From assembly GCA_018303115.1 (NCBI GenBank), contig JAGVYT010000013.1:1-42812 (forward strand): 42,812 nt of DNA, read 5' to 3'. The position numbers were made by a program, and so were the translations under genes. The notes beneath the pieces were generated by a model. It worked only from the letters and a program-made list of their open reading frames with translations, was not told where the DNA came from and did no database searches. Positions 26,184-35,395 of this stretch are shown one piece after another (position 1 is the stretch's first letter; each line of letters starts with the position of its first letter). This DNA is from Candidatus Woesearchaeota archaeon (GTDB taxonomy: Archaea > Nanobdellota > Nanobdellia > Woesearchaeales > UBA10216).

Positions 26184-28070
26184 ATGAAAGAGTATGCTGC
26201 TTTGATAGTGTTGGTTCTTGTGATGCTTGGAGGCATTTACAGCCTTGACCATGCTTACAGTTACAGCGAGGATGCTGTTTTTGGAAAGCAAATAACAGGA
26301 GCGATAACTGCAACAACAGAACAATGCGCAATAGAAGGGGGAAAGGCAATCTGCATAGAAGACGGCCGGAGAACAGAATACAGCAGCAGGATAACATGCA
26401 GAGAAAAATGCGGAAAACAAATAGGAGCCAGGGAAGGGGCAGGGCAGACAGGCACTGCAGTCACCACGTGCACAGATAATGATGGCGATGGTTTTGGGGA
26501 AGGCTGCGAGCAAGGTCCGGATTGCAATGATGCAAAGGAAGAATTGACAAATAACTGCAATGTTTGCGGGAATGCGGTTGTGGAAAAATCCAGTAAGGAA
26601 GAGTGTGATATGGGAGAGGAAAACAATTTGTGGAGGAGCGATGTTTCCAAAATTTGCAGTAGTGGAACTGTGGTGCATGGGCAGTCCCGTTGCACAACCG
26701 AATGCAAGCTCGAGCGCAAATTCCCTGACTGCCCTGAAGGGGAAGGGGGCATGATTGAAGAAGTGGAAGTCGTAGAAGTAAAAGAAGAGTTATGCAGGCT
26801 GGACAGAAGCAGGGGTAAAGTTGTCTGCACGTTAGACGAAAAAGAATTTAGCAGTAGGATAAGGTGTAAAGAAAAATGCGTCCCGGAACTAATAGAAGTA
26901 ATAGAGGTAGGTGAAGGGGTTGATGTGGGTAAAGAAGCTCAGGAAAAGGCTGACTTGATTGTCAGGATAACTGAAGCGCCTGATGAAATGATTAGGGGAA
27001 ATTTCTACAGGGTGAAAGTGCGGGTGACAAACAGGGGTGGTGCTAGCACACTGGCAAGCAGGTTTGACAAAACTGAGACGCCAGCGTTTTCAACAGGTCT
27101 TCAACTGGTAAATGAAGGAAGGAACTTCCGGATAATGTTGGGAGGAAAACGCGAGATTACAAACCTTAATCATGGCGAGAGTAAGACCAGAACCTTTGGC
27201 TTCAGAGTGCCTGAAACAGTGAGTTTAAGAGATTACAAGTTTGAGGTGTTTACGGATTCAGAGGGGGGTAAGCCAGGCGAAATACAGGAGTCGGATGAGG
27301 ACAACAACGCCGATTCCAAGGATGTAAGGGTGAGGGTAAGAAGGGCTGCTGAGCCTGTTATTGAGCCTGAAATGTGCATTGAGGAAGAAATTGGGAAAGT
27401 AGTATGCCTTTCAGCGACTCCCCAGGAAAATTACGGGACAGACTTTGACCTTTGCGAGCGGGAATGCAGTGAAGAGGTAGGGGCAGAAGGGCCTGACTTG
27501 GAAGTGGAGATAGTTGACCCGCCGGGAGAGGTTGTCACAGGCCAGTTTCACGACGTAACAGTAAAGGTAACTAACGTAGGAAGGGAAAGAGTTACGACAA
27601 GCTTTTCAACAGCGCTTGACTTTGTTAATGCGGAAGACTCAAGCCAGCGCAGCAGGGTAGGCGATTTTGGTGTTAGCCTGTTAAGCCCTGGCAGGTCTAT
27701 TGAGCATACGTTTGAAAGGTGGGGCGTACCGGCAACAGCCAGTGAACAATACAAGTTTGAGGCAAGGGCAGACACAGAAAACAGGGTTAGCGGTGATGTG
27801 AACAGGGAGAACAACCATGACGAAAATTCTGTTACGGTTAGGGAAGGCATTGGACAGCCACAAAGTTGTTTTGGTGAGGGCAGAGAGGTTCATCAGATTG
27901 GAACAAGGACAGACAACAGGTATTGCGGTTCAGACGGAAATTTTAAGGTTCAAAAGGCCAGTAAAATAGCTTGCCAGAATTCTTTTGAATGCCGCACTAA
28001 CATATGCGCGGCAGGCGTGTGCATTGACAGCACAACGCTGAATAATGCGCTTGCTAGAATTCAACAATAA
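26184..28070 (+). CDS. Cys-rich surface protein with two CARDB-like domains
   Basis: Signal peptide; DNDGDGFG..DCND; CGN.VVE..EECD; ADL..VTNRG..ESDEDNN and PDL..VTNVG..NRENN; Cys-rich C-terminus. Confidence 0.85.
   Translation: MKEYAALIVLVLVMLGGIYSLDHAYSYSEDAVFGKQITGAITATTEQCAIEGGKAICIEDGRRTEYSSRITCREKCGKQIGAREGAGQTGTAVTTCTDNDGDGFGEGCEQGPDCNDAKEELTNNCNVCGNAVVEKSSKEECDMGEENNLWRSDVSKICSSGTVVHGQSRCTTECKLERKFPDCPEGEGGMIEEVEVVEVKEELCRLDRSRGKVVCTLDEKEFSSRIRCKEKCVPELIEVIEVGEGVDVGKEAQEKADLIVRITEAPDEMIRGNFYRVKVRVTNRGGASTLASRFDKTETPAFSTGLQLVNEGRNFRIMLGGKREITNLNHGESKTRTFGFRVPETVSLRDYKFEVFTDSEGGKPGEIQESDEDNNADSKDVRVRVRRAAEPVIEPEMCIEEEIGKVVCLSATPQENYGTDFDLCERECSEEVGAEGPDLEVEIVDPPGEVVTGQFHDVTVKVTNVGRERVTTSFSTALDFVNAEDSSQRSRVGDFGVSLLSPGRSIEHTFERWGVPATASEQYKFEARADTENRVSGDVNRENNHDENSVTVREGIGQPQSCFGEGREVHQIGTRTDNRYCGSDGNFKVQKASKIACQNSFECRTNICAAGVCIDSTTLNNALARIQQ
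26331..26417 (+). repeat. 87-bp exact duplication, copy 1 (copy 2 at 28274-28360)
   Basis: ATAGAAGGGG...TGCGGAAAA identical in both genes, within a ~200-bp similar block. Confidence 0.92.
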
Positions 28071-28126
28071 GGCGTTTTGGATTATACGCAAAGTTTTAAA
28101 TAGAAAAAGCGAGAATAGCAAGAGAG

Positions 28127-29038
28127 ATGAGAACGGATTTCCAGACAGTGGTATTGGTTCTTGTAATGCTGGGGGGCATTTACAGCCTTGACTATGCTTA
28201 CAGTTACAGCGAGGATGCTGTTTTTGGAAAGCACATTACAGGAGCGCAGATAGCAACAATAGAGCAGTGCAGGATAGAAGGGGGAAAGGCAATCTGCATA
28301 GAAGACGGCCGGAGAACAGAATACAGCAGCAGGATAACATGCAGAGAAAAATGCGGAAAAGAAGTTGGAAAGGGGATTATAATTGAAGAGTCTGCTGAGC
28401 TGCCAGCTGAACAGCCTGGAGAGGCTGCGGGGCGTGCTGATTTGGTGGCTATGGTGGATGTTGAAAGCCCGTTGGCAGTTAATGAGACGTATGTGGTGAA
28501 CGTGTTTGTAAAAAACATCGGGAAAGCAAACACAAAAGACAGCGCGGTTGAAGGCAACGCTTACGGCGATTTTACTGCAAAGCTGGACATATTCAAAAAG
28601 GAAGGGGAGGAGCTGGATAGTGTTATAGACACCATGCTTTTCTCCTGGGAAAACGTCAATGACAGGGCAATGGGCATTGCTGCAAATACTGAAAGAACAC
28701 GCCCAATCATAATACAAAGCTGGAAGCCAGAGGAAACTGGAGTATATTTAATAAAAGTTGAGCTTGATGTTTACGGGCAGATTATTGAAGGGGATGAGGG
28801 CAACGTTTTTGGAGAGGAACGGAGTGTATTGCAGAAGCCTGTGCCCTGCAGCCCGGTTGGATTCCGCAACAGCGGCTTTTACTGTAATGGGAAGCGAAGA
28901 AGCGTCAGGCAAAAAGAAGTTGGAAGCTGTAGGAATGGTTACGAGTGCCTGAGCAATGTCTGCAGCTCTGGGAAGTGCGTGAGCGAGCCTGCGTTTAGAA
29001 GCGCGCTTTGCGATTTGGGAGCCATTACGAATTGTTAG
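28127..29038 (+). CDS. shorter paralog with one CARDB-like domain
   Basis: Near-identical N-terminus to 26184; ADL..VKNIG..EGDEGN; same C-terminal Cys module. Confidence 0.85.
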   Translation: MRTDFQTVVLVLVMLGGIYSLDYAYSYSEDAVFGKHITGAQIATIEQCRIEGGKAICIEDGRRTEYSSRITCREKCGKEVGKGIIIEESAELPAEQPGEAAGRADLVAMVDVESPLAVNETYVVNVFVKNIGKANTKDSAVEGNAYGDFTAKLDIFKKEGEELDSVIDTMLFSWENVNDRAMGIAANTERTRPIIIQSWKPEETGVYLIKVELDVYGQIIEGDEGNVFGEERSVLQKPVPCSPVGFRNSGFYCNGKRRSVRQKEVGSCRNGYECLSNVCSSGKCVSEPAFRSALCDLGAITNC

Positions 29039-29132
29039 TTAGTTTTACCTGTTCTCAACCTTAGCCCAGCCTAGTCCCTTTAAAGTTTCAGCAAGGTTTT
29101 TCCTTGCCTTGCATGTTTCCACAAATATTCTT

Positions 29133-30191
29133 TTATGTGGCTTCGTCTTCCCTTTCTATGACTGCCACCTCAACCTCTTTTGAGGCAGCTGACTGGTAGC
29201 CGTATGAAAGGACTATGTTAAAAGTGGAAATAAAGTTGTTTTCATAGTCTTTGCGCGCAAAGCCCTGCCCTTCCCTGACTATGCATTCGATAAAGTCCTT
29301 TTTTGAATCTCCTGATAGTGTAAAAAAAGGCCTTCCGTCATTGCACTTCATTTCTTTGCCGGAAACGTCTGCGCTTTCCACGCTGATTTTTCCGATTATC
29401 AGCTTGTCAATGCCTTGTGTTAATGATTCGCTTGTGCACGCCTTATTAAAAGACTCCGGGGAGCGCTCAAGCACTATTCCTTTCCCGGCGTTTTCCACGA
29501 ATATTCTTAAGTGAGGCCTGACAACTTCAACATCCCTGCCGTCAGGGCCTTTTTCAACCGTGATAAAGTTGCTCTGGACGATTTTCCTTATTGCCACTGG
29601 AGCCCCCTGGCTTGTGAGCCTTAAGTCGTCAAGGTTGCATACGCGCTGTTCTTTTGGGAGGATGAACGGTGCGGTGTCAACGCATACAGGAGTGGAGAGT
29701 TTTGTCTTGTAAGGGTAGCATGCTGCTGCGAATATGAGCGAGCTTGTGCTCTTTGAAGGCGTTTCAACGAGTACGTTGCTGATGGAATGCGCTGCCATTC
29801 CTCCTGAAACGTAGGATTCCTTGCCGCTCAACCGCTTATCTAGCTCTTGGACTGCTGTGTCTTGGACTGCTGTGAACAGGCTGTCCTGCTCTGATATTAC
29901 AATGGGTGATTTTGAGAACACAAGGAACTCCCCGCATTCTTCCCTGGTGTTGCATGGTATGGCAACCGCTCCCCTGTTCTCCAGCAGCAGGGCAACCTGG
30001 ATTCGCGAGCCTGGAAAGACCCTGTCAGGCGGGGCTCCGTCAAAAAAGCTGATGACCAGCCCTTCGGTTCCCTTAAAAACGTATGATGTGTCGGGGATGC
30101 CGTCTTCTTTCGCACCGGAAAATGCCTGGCATCCGGATGTAAATACGGCCAGCAGAAGCAACAAAATGAAAATGTTTGTTTTTTTTGGCAT
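29133..30191 (-). CDS. beta-rich surface lipoprotein (paralog of 25017)
   Basis: TSGC lipobox; F.GT.G..ISF....PP..V, ACYPYKT, QGAPV. Confidence 0.82.
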   Translation of the reverse strand: MPKKTNIFILLLLLAVFTSGCQAFSGAKEDGIPDTSYVFKGTEGLVISFFDGAPPDRVFPGSRIQVALLLENRGAVAIPCNTREECGEFLVFSKSPIVISEQDSLFTAVQDTAVQELDKRLSGKESYVSGGMAAHSISNVLVETPSKSTSSLIFAAACYPYKTKLSTPVCVDTAPFILPKEQRVCNLDDLRLTSQGAPVAIRKIVQSNFITVEKGPDGRDVEVVRPHLRIFVENAGKGIVLERSPESFNKACTSESLTQGIDKLIIGKISVESADVSGKEMKCNDGRPFFTLSGDSKKDFIECIVREGQGFARKDYENNFISTFNIVLSYGYQSAASKEVEVAVIEREDEAT

Positions 30192-30196
30192 TCGAA

Positions 30197-31882
30197 TCAG
30201 CTTGATTTTAACCTTACTGTTTTTGTTGTTTCATAAGTGAAAGCCACGGCAACATCAAATTCAACCTCGGCAAAGGATGCGTCTCCCAAGGCGTTGTCAT
30301 TTATTTTCATGTCGCAATTGAAATACCTGCTGCTTTTTATGTTTTCAAACTGGAGTTTGTTTTCTTCCTGCACATCCTCTTTTAAGGAATACGGGTTATT
30401 TCCGGCAAATGCGCACTTAGGGCCTTCCAAAGCAAAACCTTCTGGAAGCGTGATGTCAATTGAGCTGATGCTGTTTATTGCCCCGTTAAAATCAGGTTTG
30501 TTTCCTATGACAAGCTCGAAATCAGGATAAGTCAGACCTGGTCCTATGCCAAAAGGAGGGGTTGTAAGGTCTACCGGGCCTATCCCAATCCTTGCGGGAC
30601 CGTTGTCATAAACAGTGGTCGGGTTTCTTTTGCTTCGGGGCACGGCCATGAAGTCAAGGGGCTCTTCTCCCCTTGATTTGAGTTCTTCGCGAAGGTCTTC
30701 ACGCATTAAATACGTGATTAGCTTTGCATTTTCCTCAAAGTCGTATTTTACAGATAATTCAACGCTAGAAATTGCTTCAAAATCATCCGTGTTTTCTTCT
30801 GTGAAAGTGCATGTTACTGTCATGGGGCTGTTGTAAAATATCCTGATTTTTTCCCCACCGTCAAGCCTTTCTTTCAGTTCATCAGCCCTTACGGGCTTTG
30901 CACCCTTGCCGGCTAAGCACGTAACATCGCTTATTTCAAGAAAGTTCTCGTCAGGAAGGTTTGGCACGAAAAGGACTGCCTTTGCAATCTTTTCGTCTCC
31001 AAGTTTCCTGAGCCCGTAGGGGTGGTCCTGGATGACAATCCCCAGCTTTGGCCGCTCTTTCGGCTCGCCGTAAAGCTCTTCGCCCCCAGCCTCTGCTATT
31101 TGGGCGCTTAAAACCGTGCCAACTGCGTCAGGGATTGAAGTGACTGTTTTTACAGCCCCTTTCCCGACATTTATCACCCCTCCCGCAAGGTTCGCAAAGA
31201 AATCCTCCACAGCCTTGATTTGTTCAGGGCTGGCCTGCTGAACTGCCTCATAGCTGCCAGCGACAATTCCTGTTTGGATGCCCCATCCAAGGAATCCTAA
31301 AAGGAAAAACCAAAACACTATTTTTTGAATCAGGGATTTCTGGGGGTTTCTTAAAAACCCTATGTATATAGTCCAGACTGGAAATATCCCGTTGCCAATA
31401 GTCAGAAGCAGGGGCTTGTATTGCAGCCAGTCAAAATGCGCGTTTACAACGCTTGGAATCATTACAAGAGGGAACAGGTTAAGGACAAACGCCAGGTTTA
31501 GGAGAGTGTCTGAGCCTTTACTGCGCAAATACCAGAAGAAAATTACATGCGCTATCAGAGGCGCCATTGGATTGCCGCCTCTTGAAAAGGCAACGGCACC
31601 TATTATGTCAACTGCAATTGCAAGGAAAATGGTGCTTGAAACCAGTTCCTGTGCAACCTGTCCTGGCTTGTTTCTTCCGAGAATAAATCCCAACCCAGCC
31701 CCCCCTATAGCTCCTGCTGCCATTGCACTTTGGGAGAAACCGGCAGATGCAAGAGGCTTAATTTTGCTTGCTGCTATTTTTGCGCCCCTGCCTGTTTTGA
31801 GAAGCCCGCCAAGAATTTTTGAGCCTCTGCTGGCAGCACCGGCTGCTGCGCCCTGAGCCTTCTTTCCTTTGAAAAACATCAT
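30197..31882 (-). CDS. multi-TM protein with large beta-rich extracellular domain
   Basis: KKAQ N-terminus (class III signal-like), ~5 TM helices, C-terminal domain resembling the neighbouring lipoproteins. Confidence 0.78.
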   Translation of the reverse strand: MMFFKGKKAQGAAAGAASRGSKILGGLLKTGRGAKIAASKIKPLASAGFSQSAMAAGAIGGAGLGFILGRNKPGQVAQELVSSTIFLAIAVDIIGAVAFSRGGNPMAPLIAHVIFFWYLRSKGSDTLLNLAFVLNLFPLVMIPSVVNAHFDWLQYKPLLLTIGNGIFPVWTIYIGFLRNPQKSLIQKIVFWFFLLGFLGWGIQTGIVAGSYEAVQQASPEQIKAVEDFFANLAGGVINVGKGAVKTVTSIPDAVGTVLSAQIAEAGGEELYGEPKERPKLGIVIQDHPYGLRKLGDEKIAKAVLFVPNLPDENFLEISDVTCLAGKGAKPVRADELKERLDGGEKIRIFYNSPMTVTCTFTEENTDDFEAISSVELSVKYDFEENAKLITYLMREDLREELKSRGEEPLDFMAVPRSKRNPTTVYDNGPARIGIGPVDLTTPPFGIGPGLTYPDFELVIGNKPDFNGAINSISSIDITLPEGFALEGPKCAFAGNNPYSLKEDVQEENKLQFENIKSSRYFNCDMKINDNALGDASFAEVEFDVAVAFTYETTKTVRLKSS

Positions 31883-32027
31883 AAGCCTCTTTTAGCTGGT
31901 TGAGTTTATTTTTCCGTTTATTGATACTTAAATGTTTCTAATTGTAACGTTTTCAGGTTAAGTAGCGAAATGGACGTAGCAGCGGCTACTACTGCTACTG
32001 ATTAGCAACCTAAACCCGATATTTTAA

Positions 32028-32660
32028 CTATCCAAGCAATTCAGAAACAGCCTCAACAGATGCCTTGGCATTTGCAGTGTACATTCCAAGCGACAAAAAA
32101 AAGGCTTTCAGGTCGTGAGGCGAGCGCATCCCGTAAGGCTCTGAAGCGAATGATGCTATTGCTGTCTTCACCCTGTATTTTTTGCACAGCATTATGTTCT
32201 GCTTTATCCTTCCCAAAAGCTGCAGCAGATTTTTAGAATTTATTATGCTGGAAAATGAAAATGCAACTATAACATTGTTCTTATTGGCAAACTGGCACGT
32301 CGCCTTGTCCAGGCCGGAGTTTCGAGTTTTGGCAAAGTCTTTCCTTTTGGACAATTCGAGGCTGTAAACTATGTCCGGCTTGTATTTTGCTATTACATCC
32401 CGGCTGCTTTCAGGGGCTTCTGAAATCGCAATTTCCTTCAGGTCGTGTATTTTATAGATTTTGTTTCCGGCAGCTTGAAATACCGCTTTTAATTTTATTT
32501 TAGTAGTCTGCTGCAGTTTATCTATAGCTTCTTTAATGTCAGTAACAGTTTTTTTATCGACAAACCGGTAAGCGAAGCACATGCCTTCTATAGAAAGCTT
32601 TTCAGCTATTGCGATGAAATTGCCCTCATTATTTTCAGGGAATACTATGTCGTAAAACAT
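32028..32660 (-). CDS. rnp3: ribonuclease P protein component 3 (Rpp30)
   Basis: PHP-like; SGLD..A.KNNV..FSFS; LCKKY..ASFASEPYGMRSP.DL. Confidence 0.88.
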   Translation of the reverse strand: MFYDIVFPENNEGNFIAIAEKLSIEGMCFAYRFVDKKTVTDIKEAIDKLQQTTKIKLKAVFQAAGNKIYKIHDLKEIAISEAPESSRDVIAKYKPDIVYSLELSKRKDFAKTRNSGLDKATCQFANKNNVIVAFSFSSIINSKNLLQLLGRIKQNIMLCKKYRVKTAIASFASEPYGMRSPHDLKAFFLSLGMYTANAKASVEAVSELLG

Positions 32661-32705
32661 GGTTTTAGAAGTCGTAAGTGCTTATTTAAATGTTTGTCAC
32701 AGCTG

Positions 32706-32771
32706 CGCTCTGTCCCGAATCCTGTTTCTTGCCTTTGTTACAGGTCAAGCCACGACTCTTAGGACAGATTC
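32706..32771. mobile_element. MITE D (66 bp, decayed)
   Basis: Ends CGCTCTGTCCCGAATCCTGTT / CTCTTAGGACAGATTC match element E; 7/9 TSD TCACAGCTG / TCGCAGTTG. Confidence 0.7.
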
Positions 32772-32794
32772 TCGCAGTTGCTGCTGCAGGTAAG

Positions 32795-33700
32795 CTAGCG
32801 GGCAGCAGGTTTAGCGGTTATCGAATCGACTATGGTGCAGGCTTTGCAAACATCTTTGCTGCACGGCTCTCCGCAGCTGCTGCAGTGGTTTAATTTTAGG
32901 TTTAGCTGCTTGCTTTTCAGTCGCGGAAGAAGCTTAAGAAAATTGTTTATTAAATTCAGCTTGGACCCCTTGTGCTTGGCTTCGTAGTCGTTAAGCGCGT
33001 CTCTTATGCAAGCCCTGAAAGAGCTGTGGGAATAGGGGCATTGCATGAATCGTATCCCAAAGTTTTTGATTACGGCATAGGTTGCCACTTCTTTCTCGCT
33101 GCAGGAGTAAAGCGGCTTAATCCTTGGAATAAAACCGGTATCAGTGACGTTGCCTGTTACCGGTCCTAGGCGCGATAAAAGCGGCAGTTGCGCTTTCGAG
33201 AGGTTCATCATTATTGACTGCGCCTCGTCATCCATGTTGTGTCCTGTTGCTATCCTTGTGAAGCCCTTGGCCTTAGTGTTAAGAAGGTAGCGCCTTAGAA
33301 TGCCGCATATGTGGCAGGGCGACAGGTCTTTTCTCACCTTAAGGACTTCGCTCAGGGAGAATCCGAATTCGTTTTTGTATGAGTAAATGCGCAGAGGTAT
33401 GCTGTTGTTGCTGCAAAACCTTTCCAAGTCTTCTAAAGTAATTGGCCTGTAGCCAGGAATTCCTTCATCAATGGCCAACGCTTCTACATTTTTGTAGTAT
33501 TTGCTGAGGATGTAAAGCAAAGCTGTGGAGTCTTTCCCGCCGCTGCTGCCGACTATTATTTTATCGCTGCTTCCAATTAGGCTAAATTTCTTAATGGTTG
33601 CCAGCACCTTATTTTCAAAATACGCTGTAAAGTGGTTTTTGCAGTAAGCCTTTTCTGCCACTATTGCTGCTTTGCTGCTGCAGTTGCTGCAAGGCATCAT
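32795..33700 (-). CDS. ttuA: tRNA 2-thiolation PP-loop ATPase (TtuA/Ncs6 family)
   Basis: N- and C-terminal Zn fingers, SGGKDS, CHIC, GHNMDD, CPY. Confidence 0.9.
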   Translation of the reverse strand: MMPCSNCSSKAAIVAEKAYCKNHFTAYFENKVLATIKKFSLIGSSDKIIVGSSGGKDSTALLYILSKYYKNVEALAIDEGIPGYRPITLEDLERFCSNNSIPLRIYSYKNEFGFSLSEVLKVRKDLSPCHICGILRRYLLNTKAKGFTRIATGHNMDDEAQSIMMNLSKAQLPLLSRLGPVTGNVTDTGFIPRIKPLYSCSEKEVATYAVIKNFGIRFMQCPYSHSSFRACIRDALNDYEAKHKGSKLNLINNFLKLLPRLKSKQLNLKLNHCSSCGEPCSKDVCKACTIVDSITAKPAAR

Positions 33701-33774
33701 ATTTAACAGGGGAAGTGGTTGTTTTATAATGGTTTTTGAAAAGTTTAAATATAACTGTTAACTTATGTTGGCAG

Positions 33775-33861
33775 ATGGCAAGGAAAAAACAAGAAAAACC
33801 TTTATTCGGAAAATCCAAAAGGTTAGGCAAATTTAAAAGGGAAGAAATTGACAGACTTTAA
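33775..33861 (+). CDS. 28-aa basic peptide upstream of gatB
   Basis: MARKKQEKPLFGKSKRLGKFKREEIDRL; TTTAAATA at 33744 at leaderless spacing; stop abuts the gatB SD. Confidence 0.5.
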   Translation: MARKKQEKPLFGKSKRLGKFKREEIDRL

Positions 33862-33872
33862 GGGAGGATGAT

Positions 33873-35249
33873 ATGGCATCCATAAAGGTAGGGCTGGAAA
33901 TACACGGGTATTTGCATATGGACAGCAAGGCAAAGCTGTTCTGCGACTGCAAAACTGGAGATGCCCCTCCGAACAGCAGCATCTGCCCCATATGCACCGG
34001 AATGCCTGGGAGCAAGCCGATGGCTCCCAACAGGGAAGCTGTTGACAAGATTATCTCCATAGCAGGAATGCTTGACTGCAAGATAAACAAGCGCCTGTTA
34101 TTTCAGAGAAAGCACTACTCATGGCCTGACATGCCAACTGGCTACCAGCGCACGATGTCAGGAAGCTATTCTGTTCCTGTAGGAGAAAACGGGAGTTTCC
34201 TGAATATCAGGATAGCTGATGTTCACCTTGAGGAGGACCCGGCAAGGTGGCAGCCGGAGACAGGCTATGTGGATTATAACAGGAGCGGTTTTCCATTGGT
34301 TGAGATAGTCACAGAGCCGGACTTCACTTCGGCAGTTGATGTTAGGGAATGGCTTAAGAAGCTTGTGACAATGCTTTCCTACATAAAGGCCATTGACCCT
34401 GATGCCGGCATTAAATCAGACGTAAATGTGTCAATAGGCCCGGATTTTAACAGGGTTGAGATAAAGAACGTTAACTCCTTCAAGAGCATAATACAGGCTA
34501 TCGAGTATGAAGTGAGAAGGCAACAGGGCGAAATCAGGGAAGGTAAAAAGATAGGCATGCAGACCAGAGCCTGGAGCGATAATGCCCGCGTAACAGTTTT
34601 TATGAGGAAAAAGGAGCAGGCTATGGACTACATGTTCATACCCGAGCCCGACCTGCCTGTTGTAGGATTAACTGATGCCTGGATTAAGGGGATTGTTTCA
34701 AGGCTTCCTGAAAAGCCTGCGCAGAAAGTTGAGCGCTATGTCAAGAAGTTAAAGATAAACAAGGCAGATGCCGAGGTTTTGAGTTCTGAAATACTTCTGG
34801 CAGAGCTTTTTGAAAAGGTTGCTCGCGAAATAAGTCCGATAGTGGCTGCGCGGTGGCTGAGAAGGGAGCTGCTGCGTGTTTTGAACTACAACAAAAAGGG
34901 GCTGCACGAACTGGAGGCGGACGAGAGGCATATAATACAGTTGCTGAAGCTTGTTGAAGGCAGAAAGATTACTGATGAGACTGCCAAGAAGATGCTTGAA
35001 AAGCTTGTTGAGAAGCCTTTTGATGTTGACAAATACGTGAAAAAGGAGAAATTAGCTGCTGTATCCGACACAGCTACTCTGGAAAAATACTGCATGCAAG
35101 CAATTTCGGAGAACCGGCAGGCAGTGGCTGATTATAAAGCCGGCAATGAAAAGGCGCTTAACTTCATCGTGGGCAATGTAATGCGCAAGTCAAAAGGCAA
35201 GGCAACTCCGCAGCAGGTTAACTATATTCTGAAGAAGCTGATAGGATAA
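33873..35249 (+). CDS. gatB: Asp/Glu-tRNA amidotransferase subunit B
   Basis: VGLEIH, CPICTGMPG, HLEED, EIVTEPD, DVNVS, RVEIKN, Yqey-like tail. Confidence 0.96.
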   Translation: MASIKVGLEIHGYLHMDSKAKLFCDCKTGDAPPNSSICPICTGMPGSKPMAPNREAVDKIISIAGMLDCKINKRLLFQRKHYSWPDMPTGYQRTMSGSYSVPVGENGSFLNIRIADVHLEEDPARWQPETGYVDYNRSGFPLVEIVTEPDFTSAVDVREWLKKLVTMLSYIKAIDPDAGIKSDVNVSIGPDFNRVEIKNVNSFKSIIQAIEYEVRRQQGEIREGKKIGMQTRAWSDNARVTVFMRKKEQAMDYMFIPEPDLPVVGLTDAWIKGIVSRLPEKPAQKVERYVKKLKINKADAEVLSSEILLAELFEKVAREISPIVAARWLRRELLRVLNYNKKGLHELEADERHIIQLLKLVEGRKITDETAKKMLEKLVEKPFDVDKYVKKEKLAAVSDTATLEKYCMQAISENRQAVADYKAGNEKALNFIVGNVMRKSKGKATPQQVNYILKKLIG

Positions 35250-35395
35250 TTTCCGGTGTTTCTGAAAAATTTTTAATGCCTTTATAAGCGCTGCTCTTAT
35301 TTTTTCAGCCGTGTTGTTGTTATTTTCGGTTTTCCCGGAATATTTACGGTTTTTTCCTGCCAAAACGTATTAATTCAGTGGGAACTTAAGTTTGC

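Noticed and set aside
26211-28360. DGR template/variable repeat pair
   Set aside because: Mismatches include C, G and T positions, both copies are at 5' ends of genes, and there is no reverse transcriptase in the window
31951-32014. Nested hairpin AGTAGC..GCTACT as ncRNA
   Set aside because: Short stems, single copy; may be a terminator but unsupported
32706-32771. RNase P RNA or tRNA fragment next to rnp3
   Set aside because: No GAGGAAAGUCC/P4 motif or cloverleaf; TIR, TSD and homology to 42554-42711 explain it better
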